This document shows, in pieces, positions 1 to 11,829 of a DNA stretch of 64,000 nt. Both the position numbers and the translations under genes were made by a program. Numbering within the stretch: the first letter of the stretch is position 1; the number at the start of each line of letters is the position of its first letter. This stretch comes from Callorhinchus milii (lineage: Eukaryota). Under the pieces are notes generated by a model that ran no database searches, had not been told where the DNA came from, and saw only the letters and a list, made by a program, of their open reading frames with translations. Location: NCBI RefSeq assembly GCF_018977255.1, contig NW_024704743.1, forward strand, positions 12,278,001-12,342,000, read 5' to 3'.

Positions 1-99
1 TTATTAAGATAGACGTGATTTTTTTTTATACATGTGTGCATAATTAAAGGTTTGTTTTGATTAAAACATCCTGAGACTCTGACCTGTTGGTATTGCTGA

Positions 100-870
100 A
101 TCCGAACCTATTCTGAGTGGTTGCAAACAGCCTATACGTGTCGAGCCTAAACGGATGACTTAACTAAGTGGGTTGCGGAATATTGGAAAGGGTTTCCCCT
201 TATGGAAGAACCATAAGAGAAAATCCTTAGTCCATAAGCAGTATTGCCAACAGATTTGCGAGGGGAGAAAAAAACAGAAACCTCTAATCCAAGTTTGACC
301 CCCGCCTGGACACCAAAAAGATGGTGTGCACAATATTGGCAATAGCCGTGCAGACCTACTCGCTCGTTCTGCATGCTACTTGAACGAGCCACCACAGGCT
401 GCCAAGGTATCAGTGACATGGGCGGTAAACTGTGATTTTACTTCTAACCCTGAGTAAAAGTTAGCGACATTCCTGGAGTCAGGGCAAATGGAGAAACTTC
501 CATTCTGGGCCAGAGGCAAAAAGGTTCAAGTGAAGGTGTCCATGTTTTACTGGCAAAGGAAGACTTTAAACCAACTTATTCATTATGATGACACATGAGG
601 ACCTAGTAGTCTCCAAAATGGAGTAAAAGGGACCAAGGAAATTCTAAGGGAATACTGGTGGCCCAATATCAAAAGGGAGGATAAAACTACATGGTGGGTT
701 GCATGCAAAATTGTGGAATTCCTAAAACGATAAAAATCCTCATTTCCAGAGGTAAACAGATAACAGTTTCGTTGACCAGGTCAAATAAGTTCAAGTTTAT
801 CAAACCATTCGAATGTTGGGGAAATAATGGCATGCAAGACAAGCCCTTTCTCCGGGTTCAGATATTGAGG
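100..870 (+). mobile_element. Degraded endogenous retrovirus pol fragment (RNase H + integrase N-terminus), foamy/spuma-like
   Basis: Manual translation across frameshifts and stops: VVANSLYV (from 117), KSLVHKQY, GHQKDGVHNIGNSRADLLA (308-363; retroviral RNase H C-terminal motif), GVKGTKEILREYWWPNIK (~620-675; integrase Zn-finger region), KPFLRVQI (841-864). Confidence 0.7.
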
Positions 871-1122
871 GATGCGAGAATGCAGGAGCCATTCAAAAAC
901 TGGACTGTATAAACACCTGGCGGTGACAGTCAAATGCAGTTGTCAAATGTTCAATGGGATCGTCTGGAAATGGTATTCTAAATTCTGGGATTGACCTAAT
1001 GATTATCATCAAAATTGAGTTATAATGAGTGGCTCTGTTATACATAAGAATATGTTTTTTATAGTAATAACTGGCATAAGTCTTTAAAAACATGATAATG
1101 TGTGTACGTTTCTGTCTTCTAG

Positions 1123-1217
1123 CTGAACTTGAAGTGCATGCGGTTTTCAGACAGACAGACAGAGATCAGCAACAGGCATCCATAAAAAATAATACGACAG
1201 AACAGAAAGTTTTGTGA
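1123..1217 (+). CDS. Candidate terminal coding exon of an unidentified upstream gene (xELEVHAVFRQTDRDQQQASIKNNTTEQKVL*)
   Basis: Pyrimidine-rich acceptor tttctgtcttctAG (AG 1121-1122), open phase-1 frame to TGA 1215-1217, followed by AT-rich UTR-like sequence. Product not recognised. Confidence 0.4.
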
Positions 1218-1344
1218 CAGATATTTTGTTGGACTCTTGAATTCTTTCCACCTATAGATTGATAAAAAAAGATGTTATTTTCTGAATATATTGATTATCG
1301 AGAGGAGGAAATGTCATGGTTACCCTATTTTTGCAATCCTTAGT

Positions 1345-1540
1345 AATCATAGAATTATACAGCACAGAAGGAGGCCATTCAGCCCATCGTGTTTGTGCCG
1401 GCTTTTTGAAAAGAGCTATCCAAATCAATCCCACTCCCCCGCGCTCTCCCCATAGCCCTGCAAACTTGTCCTCCCCAAATAATTATCTACTTCTCTCTTA
1501 AAAGTTGTTATCGAATCGGCTTCCACCGCCCTTTCAGGCA
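1345..1540 (-). mobile_element. CR1 LINE 3' end fragment
   Basis: atcatagaattatacagcacagaaggaggccattc... is the reverse complement of the CR1 3' terminus seen at ~10040-10090 and ~33340-33385. Confidence 0.75.
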
Positions 1541-1565
1541 GACAGAGTAATGAGTAAATAATATA

Positions 1566-2206
1566 CAGTAGAAACCTGGTTTGCAGTCACCTCAGTATTC
1601 CAGCCACCTCACAATTGTGGGCCCATATTCAGTCACTTTCATTGTCTATATTAAAAGATAGTCTGTCTGCTTCAGAAAAATGGGCACCTCACTATTCAGG
1701 ACAATGATCATTGATTGCAGCCACTACAAGCGCCCTCCTCCAGTACAAACACAATACAAACACCCCTCTCCGCTACTAACCTGTACACAGCGCGCTAAGC
1801 CTCAGGCCACTTGCACTGTTTGCTCGACGCTGCTACTGTGGGCGGAATGGGTTCCAGTCGTGCATGCGCGGTGCGTGGAGTGTTGGGATCGTGGAAGCAG
1901 AGCGAGCGGAAAATCAACTTCACCCAGTGCCTAGCACCTAGCCTGAGCTCCTGTGGAGGAGTTTCTACCAGGGACACTGAGGAACAGGACCCCTAGGAGA
2001 AGGAACAGGAAGAGCTACTGACAACATCAAAGACCTCTCTCACTTATGCTGATGCATTGAGTTTATTGGTATAAGTGAAGGATTTTTGTCTTGATCATGG
2101 ACTCAATGTGTGGCAGACTTTGGCTGATGCTGAGGGTCAGCTGCACGCCAAGGCAGTGGAGGTTAAATCAGCAGCCAGGCACACAACACTGGACTATTTC
2201 TTCTAG
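1566..2206 (+). mobile_element. Tigger/pogo-type DNA transposon relic (left TIR-like end plus transposase C-terminal fragment)
   Basis: TA|CAGTAGAAACC start; decayed frame with an acidic stretch (DTEEQDP*EKEQEEL) ending AARHTTLDYFF* (stop 2204-2206), matching the C-terminal QxxLxxFF PIP-box of pogo/Tigger transposases. Right TIR not found. Confidence 0.55.
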
Positions 2207-3063
2207 AAATTAACATTTTGTGTGATTTTAACTTCTCATGTAAACTTTGAATAATGAAACCTAAGATTTGTTTAAATGTGACAATACCTTTATTTTAGTG
2301 AGATTGCAAAGTATAGTTGTTGAATGTTCATCCAATATAATTTTAAAGTTCACTTTGGAGTTATCTGGAAATACCAGTCTGAGTGTCTAATTTTGACTCG
2401 GTTGAAGCCACCTTTAGCAGAGAATCACTCTGACAGGGTAAGGAGAGAGCAGAGACCACTTAGTATGAAAGCTTTACTAAAATTCACAAGTACCACGAGA
2501 AGAGAGAACTGTAGCAATAGCACAAGGAGAAGTTAATGTTTTAATTATTTTGCCTATTTGCAATGTTGTTGAAACTTTGTTGTTAAAACGGCTGTTGTGA
2601 ATGACTGCCATTCCTGCGGCATGTGGGTGACTTTGTTTCCCACACTACATTGCTGTGCTGCCGCCTCTCCTTCATCTTTCTACACTGATAGTGCAGACTG
2701 CTATAGAAATGAATGAGTGAATTGTTCACTATATTCTTTTAAAAAAATACACACAAGTGTAAGTGTTAGGGAATAGAAGAGATTTAGAAGGATGGAGGCT
2801 TGTGTGAAGTATAAACACTGGTATGGCCAGTTCAGCTAAATGACCTGTTCCTGTGCTGTAATTCTATGTATTTGCTTAAATGTAACAAGCTATAGGTTGT
2901 ACTGCGGAAATCTGCATTGTGCTTTCCTTGTGTACACAGTATAACGTTTATCCAGAATCAATGTTGCAAACATTTGGAGCTCTGTGTATATTGTATTTCT
3001 AACAGGGTTAAGTGTGTAAAGAATGTATTCAAAGCGCTATTTACTACTTACTGTGCCACATTC

Positions 3064-3069
3064 AATAAA
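3064..3069 (+). terminator. Candidate polyadenylation signal (AATAAA)
   Basis: AATAAA at the end of a long U-rich tract, followed by T/GT-rich sequence (ctactttttctggtgggg...cttgtgggtg). Confidence 0.4.
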
Positions 3070-3239
3070 AACTACTTTTTCTGGTGGGGAAATGTACTTG
3101 TGGGTGACGGAGTCGTAGCACATCTATCCATCAAACTGCTGCTATGTGTGTGCACATTATGGGTGTTCTTGCTGATAGTTTTACAGAGTAGACTTTAAGG
3201 AAAAATGAAGCTGTTCTCACTAATTGGAGGCAGCACAGA

Positions 3240-3470
3240 ACAACAACAAAATTACATTTATAGTGCGCCTTTCACGTCGGGAGGACGTCCCAAAGCGCTG
3301 AACAGTCAGGTGTCGGGGCCCAAGCATGGGGGAGAGGTGGTGTAGGGGTGAGGGAAGGCAGAGAGGGAGACCAAAGGCACGGTTGAAGAGAAGGGTCTTG
3401 ACACTGGCCTTGAAGGAGGCAAGGGAGGAAGCGAGGCGAAGGGACCGTGGGGTGGAGTTCCAACCCATCA
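3240..3470 (-). mobile_element. L2 LINE 3' end fragment
   Basis: Minus frame WNSTPRSLRLASSLASFKASVKTLLFNRAF plus the conserved tail ending in (GTT)n. Confidence 0.8.
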
Positions 3471-4099
3471 GGTCTGTGGTGTTTATTTTAGTGACTTTAG
3501 ACTCCTGGCACCCTCCCCCCTTAAAATAAGTTGCAAAAGAGCCATATATTTGAAGTCACAGAATGAAAGGAAAATCAGACAATCATCTGTGGGTACTTTT
3601 ATTTGCCTTTGAACAGAGAACTAAAGATTATGCTTAGAGGGTGGATTCATGCTTTTGCTGCCGTAATCCAAAAAAACGTGGAGGTGAGCATAGGCACAAG
3701 TTCCTAGCCAGCAGTACCGTCTAACTTAGCAAATATATTGTCCAGTTACCAAAAACAAACCTCTTAAAATCTTGTCTTACTTTTCCCACCATAGTTTCTT
3801 CCCTCTGCTCCCAAAAGGCTTTCATTCCATGGGTGCTGACTATTGCTTTTCCCAAGTGGCCACAGATAGTGACTATGAGCTCATCTGTGATATCAGGCGT
3901 GGGTGGGATCACAGCCGAATGCCCAATTCTGTCCTTGTTGTAACATACAAGCAAGCACACTTCTACAATACTATACACAATACATGTTTACATTTTCATA
4001 ACGCCTTTCACGTCAGGAGGATGTCCCTGCTCTCAAGCGCTCTGGGAATCTATCCTGCATGAGGGACGCTATATAAATGCAAATTGTTGTTCTCCCAAG

Positions 4100-4350
4100 G
4101 TGCTGGACAATCTAAGCTGTTGGTTGCGGGAAAGCACCATCTTTCAAGCAGTGCTCATCAATGGGAATAATCACCAACTGGCTGATTTTCTTGTCTGCCT
4201 TAGCTCAGGGATACTGCGGCCAATTTTAGTACTAGAATTGCCCTGTACCAAGTTAGCCTATCTCAGTACAAACTGTGATCAAGCCTAGAATCTTCCAGGC
4301 CTGTTTGTTGTTTCACACAAGGCAATGGCTTACCAACTGAACTGTCAAAT
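4100..4350 (-). mobile_element. Old tRNA-derived SINE fragment (second family)
   Basis: Minus strand begins with an A-box-like gttcagttggtaagc and degenerate B-box; a probable 3' part of the same family lies at ~51630-51785. Confidence 0.4.
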
Positions 4351-4779
4351 GGAGGGTATTTTTTGTGGGAAAGAGGGGATTCCCAAGTCAATATCATTGT
4401 TCTAAATGAACAATATAGGTTTATTGTTCCAAACAGCAATGTCTATTTCCCCTAAAACTATTACTTTCTGAGAAGCTTACGAAAAAAAACTTCAGTTTTA
4501 AACTTATTTGAATATTGTGAATGCAAAACTAAAACCCATATTATTCATTGTAATTCTTCTTCACTAAATAGACAGACTATTGTTTTCATTCTGGTATATA
4601 CTTGTCACTTCCCATTTCTTTCCACATTGTTGCTGAGTAGTAGGGGAACTGTTCTCATCACTGACTCATGTGTTATTTCACTGAAAAATAGAACGACAAA
4701 TTGTCGTATTACTGACACATTGCACAAAACTAACCTTGAGGAAAATAACTGAATAGGCCAGTTCCAAACGAGTTTATTC

Positions 4780-5290
4780 AAACAACAACAACAACAAATT
4801 ACATTTGTATAGTCCCTTTCACATCAGGAGGACATCCCAAGTTGGACAGTCAGGGATCTACACCTGAGCTGGTGGTTGGGATTAGGAGGGATGGAGGGAG
4901 GGGAGAGTAGGTGTAGGATGGTGACCAAAGGCACAGTTGAAGAGGAGGGTCTTGAGACGGGTCTTGAAAGAGACAAGGGAGGGGGCGAGGCGGTGGGACT
5001 GTGGGATGGAGATCCAGAGGGTGGTGGCAGAGAGGCTGAAGGCTCAACCGCCAAGCAGGGAGTTTGCATAGTCAAACCTGATTTAATGAATGATGAGGGT
5101 CTCGGTGGCCTGCAGTGAAAGACAGTGCCGGAGATGGGCAATGTTGCGGAGGTGGGGACAGGAAAAGCGGGACATGGCACAGATGTGGGGGATGAAGAAC
5201 GGTTGAGCGTCGAACAGGACGCTGAGGTTCTGTATTGGCTCTGTGAGGTATAAAGTGCATCCATGAAGGTGGATGCTGTCAGCACCTGAG
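4780..5290 (-). mobile_element. L2 LINE 3' fragment (internally deleted)
   Basis: L2 ORF2 C-terminal motifs and (GTT)n tail on the minus strand. Confidence 0.75.
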
Positions 5291-5929
5291 GTAGGGAGTA
5301 GGATATCTAGACTTTACCATGGTCTCTTTTCACTTCTCCTCTGTAATATTCCACCTGCGACTACGCACCCCCTCCCCACCAGACCTCATGTTTTCTGTTT
5401 CTAGAGTGGGATGAGCTAGATCATGGCATTCTTTACAATCCTCATCACTCTTGGGTGATTGTCACACCAGTTGGTTACTCTCCAACCCCCATTCCAATCC
5501 CCCATCTGGCTTCCCTTGACTTGAATAATTTAGTGATCTAAACCTGGATCTGAGTGTAAATCCTGTAGTTTAATGCTGTAATTACCAGGCTGGTGCCAGC
5601 TTTTACAGAGTTACAAGGATCATAGAAATCACATTACATTGAAGAACACTATTTGATCCATCTGATCTGGTGCTATATGCTATAAAGCAGCATTGGTCCA
5701 ACAGGCAGGTGATTTTATGCGGCTCGAGACTATTTCCACCATTTCAACTTCCACTCCCTCCCTCCCTGGTGAACGTCCTCCCAGGGCAGTGGCAGGAGCC
5801 GATGGTTGGGAGGACGCAGCACACAGTCTTTACTGCAGTCTGTCAGGAAGGCAAGTGCATCACTTACCATCCACGTCCTGAGCAACTAACCACCAGGTCC
5901 TGCCACTGCAGATTGTGACCCGCACTTGG

Positions 5930-6222
5930 GAGAGAGAAGGGGGAGTGAAGGGCGAGAAAAAGGGAGGGGAGAGAGGGGTGGGGAAGAGGAGGGGGGAGAA
6001 AGAGATTGAGAGAGGGGGTGGGGGGGAGAGGGAGAGAGAGATGGAGAGAGAGAGAGGAGAGAGAAGGGAAGGGTGGAGAAATAGAGTGGGGAGAGTGAGG
6101 GGGGAGAGAAAGAGAGGGGAAAGAGACTATGAGAAAGTGATTGAGAGAGAGAGAACAGAGAGAGATTGACAGTGTGAGAGGGGAAGTATGAGAGGCAGAG
6201 AGAGAGTGTGAGGTGGGAGGAA
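5930..6222. repeat. GA-rich low-complexity polypurine tract
   Basis: Near-continuous G/A sequence. Confidence 0.9.
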
Positions 6223-7244
6223 GTGAATAATAATAATAATAATCCTTGCATTTGATATAGAGTTTTTCATGGCTCTCTCTCAATAATAACTTTCAATAGG
6301 GTACTTGAAAAGGAAATATTTGGAATATTTGAAAAGGAAATCTATGGGGAAATAGGACTAATTAGATAACTCTTTCAAGGAGCCAGCACAAGCATGATGG
6401 GTCGAATATCCTCCTTTTTTGCTGTAAGATTCTATAAATGTCACCCTGGCTTGTTTGGTACCACTCTCACCTCTGAGTCAAAGGTTTGTGGATTCAAGAC
6501 CCACTCGGGACACACATGTAATTTTGTTGTTGTATCAAATGCTATACAAATCTAGTTTTGTTGTTGTATCAAATGCACGGATTATTATTTAATAAATCTA
6601 TTCCCACTCTCCTGCTCTTTCCCCCATACTTTTTCATATTAATAATTGTCATGAGCTCCCTTATTCTCGCCATAAATCCCCAATCCCATTCCCCTGGCCT
6701 TTCCTTTACCCTTTCATGTTATTTTTCAAGAATTTATCACTTCCTCTTTAATGCTATTAGGAACTTGGCTTCAACAGCCAACATAGTAAAGCATTCCATA
6801 TTCCGGCTATCTCCTGTGTGAGGTATATATCTTCTAACCCCCTTTTTTCTTCTAGTAATAATTTTCCTAATGTATTTCGCCGCAAGGCTATATCAAATGC
6901 AAGGATTATTATTATTATTATTCACTGCTTTCGCCTTTTTTATCCCGAGCTGTTAATGTATTCTGTTGATATCTGGTGGCATATGGAATAAGAACCACTA
7001 ATTAATTTAACAGCTGTTAATATTTACCAGTTCTCCTCACACACATGAACAAACAAATACACAAACACAGACACACACAAACACACACACAACCACAGAT
7101 GCCCAAACACACAAATAATTCTTGAACCAGTGTGCATTATCGATATCTTTCTTCCATGCAGAACTTTATATAGTGCCTATAATGTCAAAATGTTTCAAAG
7201 AACTTCACAGAGAATTTCTGTGGAGTACAAAGTAACAAAGCGAA

Positions 7245-7590
7245 TTGTGGAGTTTGGTTAGCCCACTCACTTTGCAAGCGAGAGTACCAGGTTCGATTTC
7301 CGGGTGGGGCTTAGGCAAGTTTCCTTACTCCACATGCCTCTGTTTACCAAGCTGTAAGTAGGAGCCCAGATGTTAGTTGATTGTTGGATCGCTTTCTAGA
7401 GGTAATAATCCCTCAAAACATGCTTGGGGTCAGAACAATCCACGACCGTTTGTGGGACACTGTTGTGCACGATTGGCTACCACGTTTGGTTCACAAAATA
7501 CTTTACTTTACAATATATTCTGTGAAGTGCTTTAAAATGTCTCAACAACATGATAAAGCTACATCATAACCAAGGATTATTAGTATTATA
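7245..7590 (+). mobile_element. tRNA-Ala-headed SINE with L2-derived tail
   Basis: ttgcaag anticodon loop, GGTTCGATT B-box, family body, tail ...aaggattattag. Confidence 0.8.
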
Positions 7591-7817
7591 CCCACAACTT
7601 TCTAACTCATAGGCGAGGATACCACCGACCGAGCCAGACACAATCCAATTGAGAGAGCCAGAATTAAAATTACTCCAATTGCATTTGGAATTTCTGATTT
7701 AGTGTCAGCTCTAGTCAATGGTTCCTGAATATTTGCACATAGTTCCCTTGAGAGGGGGGAGGTGGGAGGAACAGTGAAGTGGGGGGGGTGGAGAGGAAGG
7801 GGAGGTAAACTGGCTAA

Positions 7818-7880
7818 TGCGCCTGCGCTCCACCAGATGTTTGAATGGAGCTGTCATTGTAACAAAATTTCTTTGTAACA
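7818..7880 (+). promoter_or_regulatory. Candidate promoter: NRF1 motif plus two RFX X-box-like motifs
   Basis: TGCGCCTGCGC at 7818-7828; GCTGTCATTGTAAC at 7850-7863 and ATTTCTTTGTAAC at 7867-7879; G-rich tract upstream; non-repetitive sequence. Confidence 0.45.
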
Positions 7881-7940
7881 AAAGTTGCTCGATTTTCACT
7901 CTCTTCCCCAGACATTCCCCCCTCAACCCCCACCCCCGGC

Positions 7941-7994
7941 ATGGATTGGAGCAGCGATTTCAAGGATCTCCTCTTGGAAGATCAATGCAACCTG
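7941..7994 (+). CDS. Candidate first exon of an unidentified gene (MDWSSDFKDLLLEDQCNL if coding; may be 5'UTR)
   Basis: ggcATGG Kozak context at 7941, 18 codons, donor CTG|GTAGGT at 7995. An acceptor-like ctcttccccAG also ends at 7911. Confidence 0.4.
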
Positions 7995-8904
7995 GTAGGT
8001 TTGGGAGCCTGGTAAGGGAGCAAAGTTAAAGCAGTTAAGATAAAAAGTTAAGTTACAAAATATCCCCCTCCCCCCCACAACAAAACAAAGCAGCGGCTTT
8101 TGCTTGTATCGAGGTGGATGCGGTGCAGATGAGTTTGTATCCTCCGGCTGTCCATGTGTGTCTGTAAAGCAATGAAAACGATTATTATGCCTAAAATTCT
8201 GGGTTGATACTGTTGAGTGTAAACATATATGCACCTGAGGCTCCAGCCTTCTTCCCAGTCACCTGAGGACAGCCGAGACTGGGGGAGGCGGGTGCGTGTG
8301 TGGAGGTTATTGCACTGTTTTCTCAAACCATTGATCCGATCAGTTACTTAGTGGCAGAATCAACAGCGATCAATGAATGGGTGTCACGTTCTGTGAGGAA
8401 GCCCCCAGTGCTGTGAATCTTGCTTTTTTGGGGGGTGGGGGGATCAGTGGGGAGGTGAGGAAATATCTTGAAATTAGTCAAAATAATCAATTCACTTTAC
8501 AATATATTCTGTGAAGCACTTTGAGACGCCTCAATGAGATGATAAGTGTAAGGATTATTATTATTAACTCTGCTTTAATTTTCCTCATCTCACACCGTGG
8601 TTTCTTAGCAGATTTTAAGATCCTTAATTCATACCAATTCAACCACCACAACAATAACAAATTGCATTTATACAGCGCCTTTCACGTTGGAAGGCCATCC
8701 CAATCTGTCCCAATTGGTGGCCAACGGTTAATGGCTGGCATAATAAATAATATGTAAAATTGCTGTAAAGATGCTGAGCTATTGTGATTCCTTTTCACCT
8801 CCCATCACAGGGAAATTGTCCTGTTAAAATGATTTTGATCAAACAATAAGAAATCTGGAAGTAATTGAATGTGACTTTAGGCTGCAGGGATTTCTACCTT
8901 GCAT

Positions 8905-9097
8905 ATTGTACAAGTAGTGTCCCACAAACAGCCGTAGATTGAGTGACCAATTTTTTTTTATTTTTTGAAGGGATTATTACCCCCCAAAACGATCTACCAA
9001 TCAACTAACAACCAGGTTCCTACTTACTGCTAGGTAAACAGAGACGTGTGGAGTAAGGAAACTTGCTTAAGGTTTTGCCCTGCCTGGGAATCAAACG
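8905..9097 (-). mobile_element. tRNA-Ala-headed SINE, partial
   Basis: Reverse complement of the SINE body, truncated by the adjacent CR1. Confidence 0.75.
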
Positions 9098-11310
9098 CTT
9101 AGGAATATAAGATCAGGAGTAGGCCATTCAGCCTGTTCCGCCATTTAATTAGATCACGGCTGATCAATTTCCAATTTCCTGCTTTCTACCCATATCCCTT
9201 AATATCCTGACCCACCAAAAATCTATCAACCCCACTCTTCAAGGTGTGGGTGGATCCAGCATCTACGGCCTTTTGGGGGAGAGAATTCCAATTTTCTACC
9301 ACCCTTTGAGTGAAAACATGCTTCCTAATTTCACTCTTAAATGGCCTGGTTCTAACTTTAAGACTATTCCCCCTTGTTTCGGATTCCTCCATCAGAGGAA
9401 ATAGCTTCTCTGTATCTACCCTATCAAATCCCTTTGTCACCCCTCAACCTTCTAAACTCAAGGGAATACAATCCAAGTTTACACAGTCTTTCCTCGTAAC
9501 TTAACCCTTTTATCTCTGGTAACATTTTGGTGAACCTGTGCTGCACCCCCTCCAGGGCCAATATCTTTCCTGAGGTGTAGTGATTTGTGAATATGGACAC
9601 CCAAAGCTCTTTGCTCCTCCACCGTTCTTAATTTCTCCCCATTAAGAAAATATTCTGCTTTATCTTTTTTTGGTCCATAGTGGATGACCTCCCTAGAGCA
9701 GAGAAGATTAAAAGGGGATTTCATAGAGATTTTCAAGATCATGAGAGGATTTGATAGGTTGAACTGGGAAAAACTGTTTCAACTGGCATGTGCGTCAGTA
9801 ACCCGAGGACGCTGATTTAAGATAGTTGTTAAAAGAAACAGAGGGGAAGTTAGGATATTTTTTTNCACCCAGCGAGTTGTTCGGATCTGGAATGCATTAC
9901 CTGAAAGGGTAGTGGAAGTCGATTAAATAACAACTTTTAAGAGAGAAGTAGATGGATACTTGGGGAGGACAGAATTGCAGAGCTATGGAGAGAAAGCGGG
10001 CCAGTGGGATTGAGTTGGATTGCTCTTTAAGGAGCCGGCACAGACGCGATAGGCCGAATGGCCTCTTTCTGTGCTGTATGATTCTATGACCTTACACTTC
10101 CCTACATTGAACTCCATCTGCCACAGCTTTGCCCACTCACTTAATCTGTCTAAGTCCCCTTGTAACTTCCTGCTCCCATCTACACAACTTACTGAGCCTC
10201 CTAGCTTAGTGTTGTATGCAAACTTGGATGTAAAATTTTCTATTCTTTCATCCAAGTCATTTATATATATGGTGAATAGCTGGGGTCCCAGTACAGACCC
10301 CTGAGGGACACCACTTGTCACGTCCCACCAATCAGAGAACGTTCCCTTTATCCCTACTCTCTGTTTCCTGCCTCCCAACCAATTACCAAGCTACATCACA
10401 AGGTTATCTCTGACTCCATGCGCTTCCATTTTTGCTAATAATCTTTTGTGTGGAACCTTATCAAATGCCTTCTGAAAGTCCATATAAACAACATCCATAG
10501 ACACTCTCTTATTCACCATTTTAGTGACCTCCTCAAAACATTCAACCAGATTAGTCAGACACGACCTACCCTTCACAAATCCACGCTGACTCTCTTTGAC
10601 TAGCTCATACCTGTCCAAGTGTTCAGTTACTTTGTCCCTGATGATGGATTCCGGTATTTTCCCAATAAGCTGACAGGTCTGTAGTTTCCTGGTTTCTCCC
10701 TCCCTCCCTTCTAAATAAAGGGGTGACATTCACAATTTTCCAGTCTAAGGGCACAATTCCCGAATCTAGTGAGCTTTGGAAAATTATGATGAATGCATCT
10801 GCAATTTCCTCTCCTATTTCCTTTAACATCCTAGGGTGGAAACTATCAGGTCCTGGAGATGTGTTTATGTTGAATCTCATTATCTTCTCCTTTACCATTT
10901 TTTTATTTATATTAATTTTATTAAGCATTTCTCTTTGACTTATTTTTAGCGATTTCCATGGGATACATGGAGTAGGTCATTCAACCCCTCCATTCTATAA
11001 GACAATGACTGATCTGTACCTTCACTCCACTTACCCGACTTTTTCCCATATCCCTTGATCCTCTGACCTAACAAAAGTCAATCAACCTCAGTCTTGAAAA
11101 TTTGAATAGATCCAGCATCCACGGCCTTTTGAGGGAGAGAGTTCCAGACTTCCACTATCCTTTATGTGAAAAAGTGCCTCCCAATTTCACTCCTAAGCGG
11201 CCTAGTCTTTAATTTTAAGATGATGCCTCCTTGCTCTGCATTCCCCCCCAAGAGGAAATAGTTCCTCTGTAGCTCAATTAGATCACCTCTCAACCTTCTA
11301 AACTCAAGGG
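9097..11310 (-). mobile_element. CR1 LINE RT/3' fragments (composite, degraded)
   Basis: ORF-track peptides [66 protein letters not shown]; frameshifted. Confidence 0.9.
9690..10090 (+). mobile_element. CR1 3' end nested in opposite orientation inside the minus-strand CR1
   Basis: LEQRRLKGDFIEIFKIMRG...WNALP motifs and ...gctgtatgattctatga tail; one ambiguous base at 9865. Confidence 0.85.
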
Positions 11311-11829
11311 AGTTGAGATCCTCTTTTGTCATACCTTGCTTAGACTTTTCCAACACACTCCTTGCTGGTATCCCCGGCTCCACTGTTCACAGGCAGCAAC
11401 TGATTCCAAAGCACCACCACCCGTATCCTCACCAACATTCAAAGACACAAAACTTTACACACTGATAACCCCAGTCCTCACCAGGCTCCACTGGCACCCT
11501 GTCTCTCAGCGAATCAATTTCAAGATCTTCATGCTCACAAATGCATCCACACCCCTTTCTCTCTTTGATCTTCTCCTACCCAACTCATCCCCTGCTTTCT
11601 CTGTGCCACCATTGATGGTTGAGCTGTTTGTTCCTGCACTCTTAACTTCAGGAACACCCACCCCCTATCACCATCTCACCCCCATCTTATCTTTAAGTCC
11701 CCCTTCTAGTCCCATCTCTTTGAACGTGTCTATGACCCATGCCCCTCCCCCCCACCCCCCCCACCCTTGCTTGGTATCCAACCCTATCCCTGTAAAGCTC
11801 TCCATTGCAAATGCAAGCTTTATTATTTA

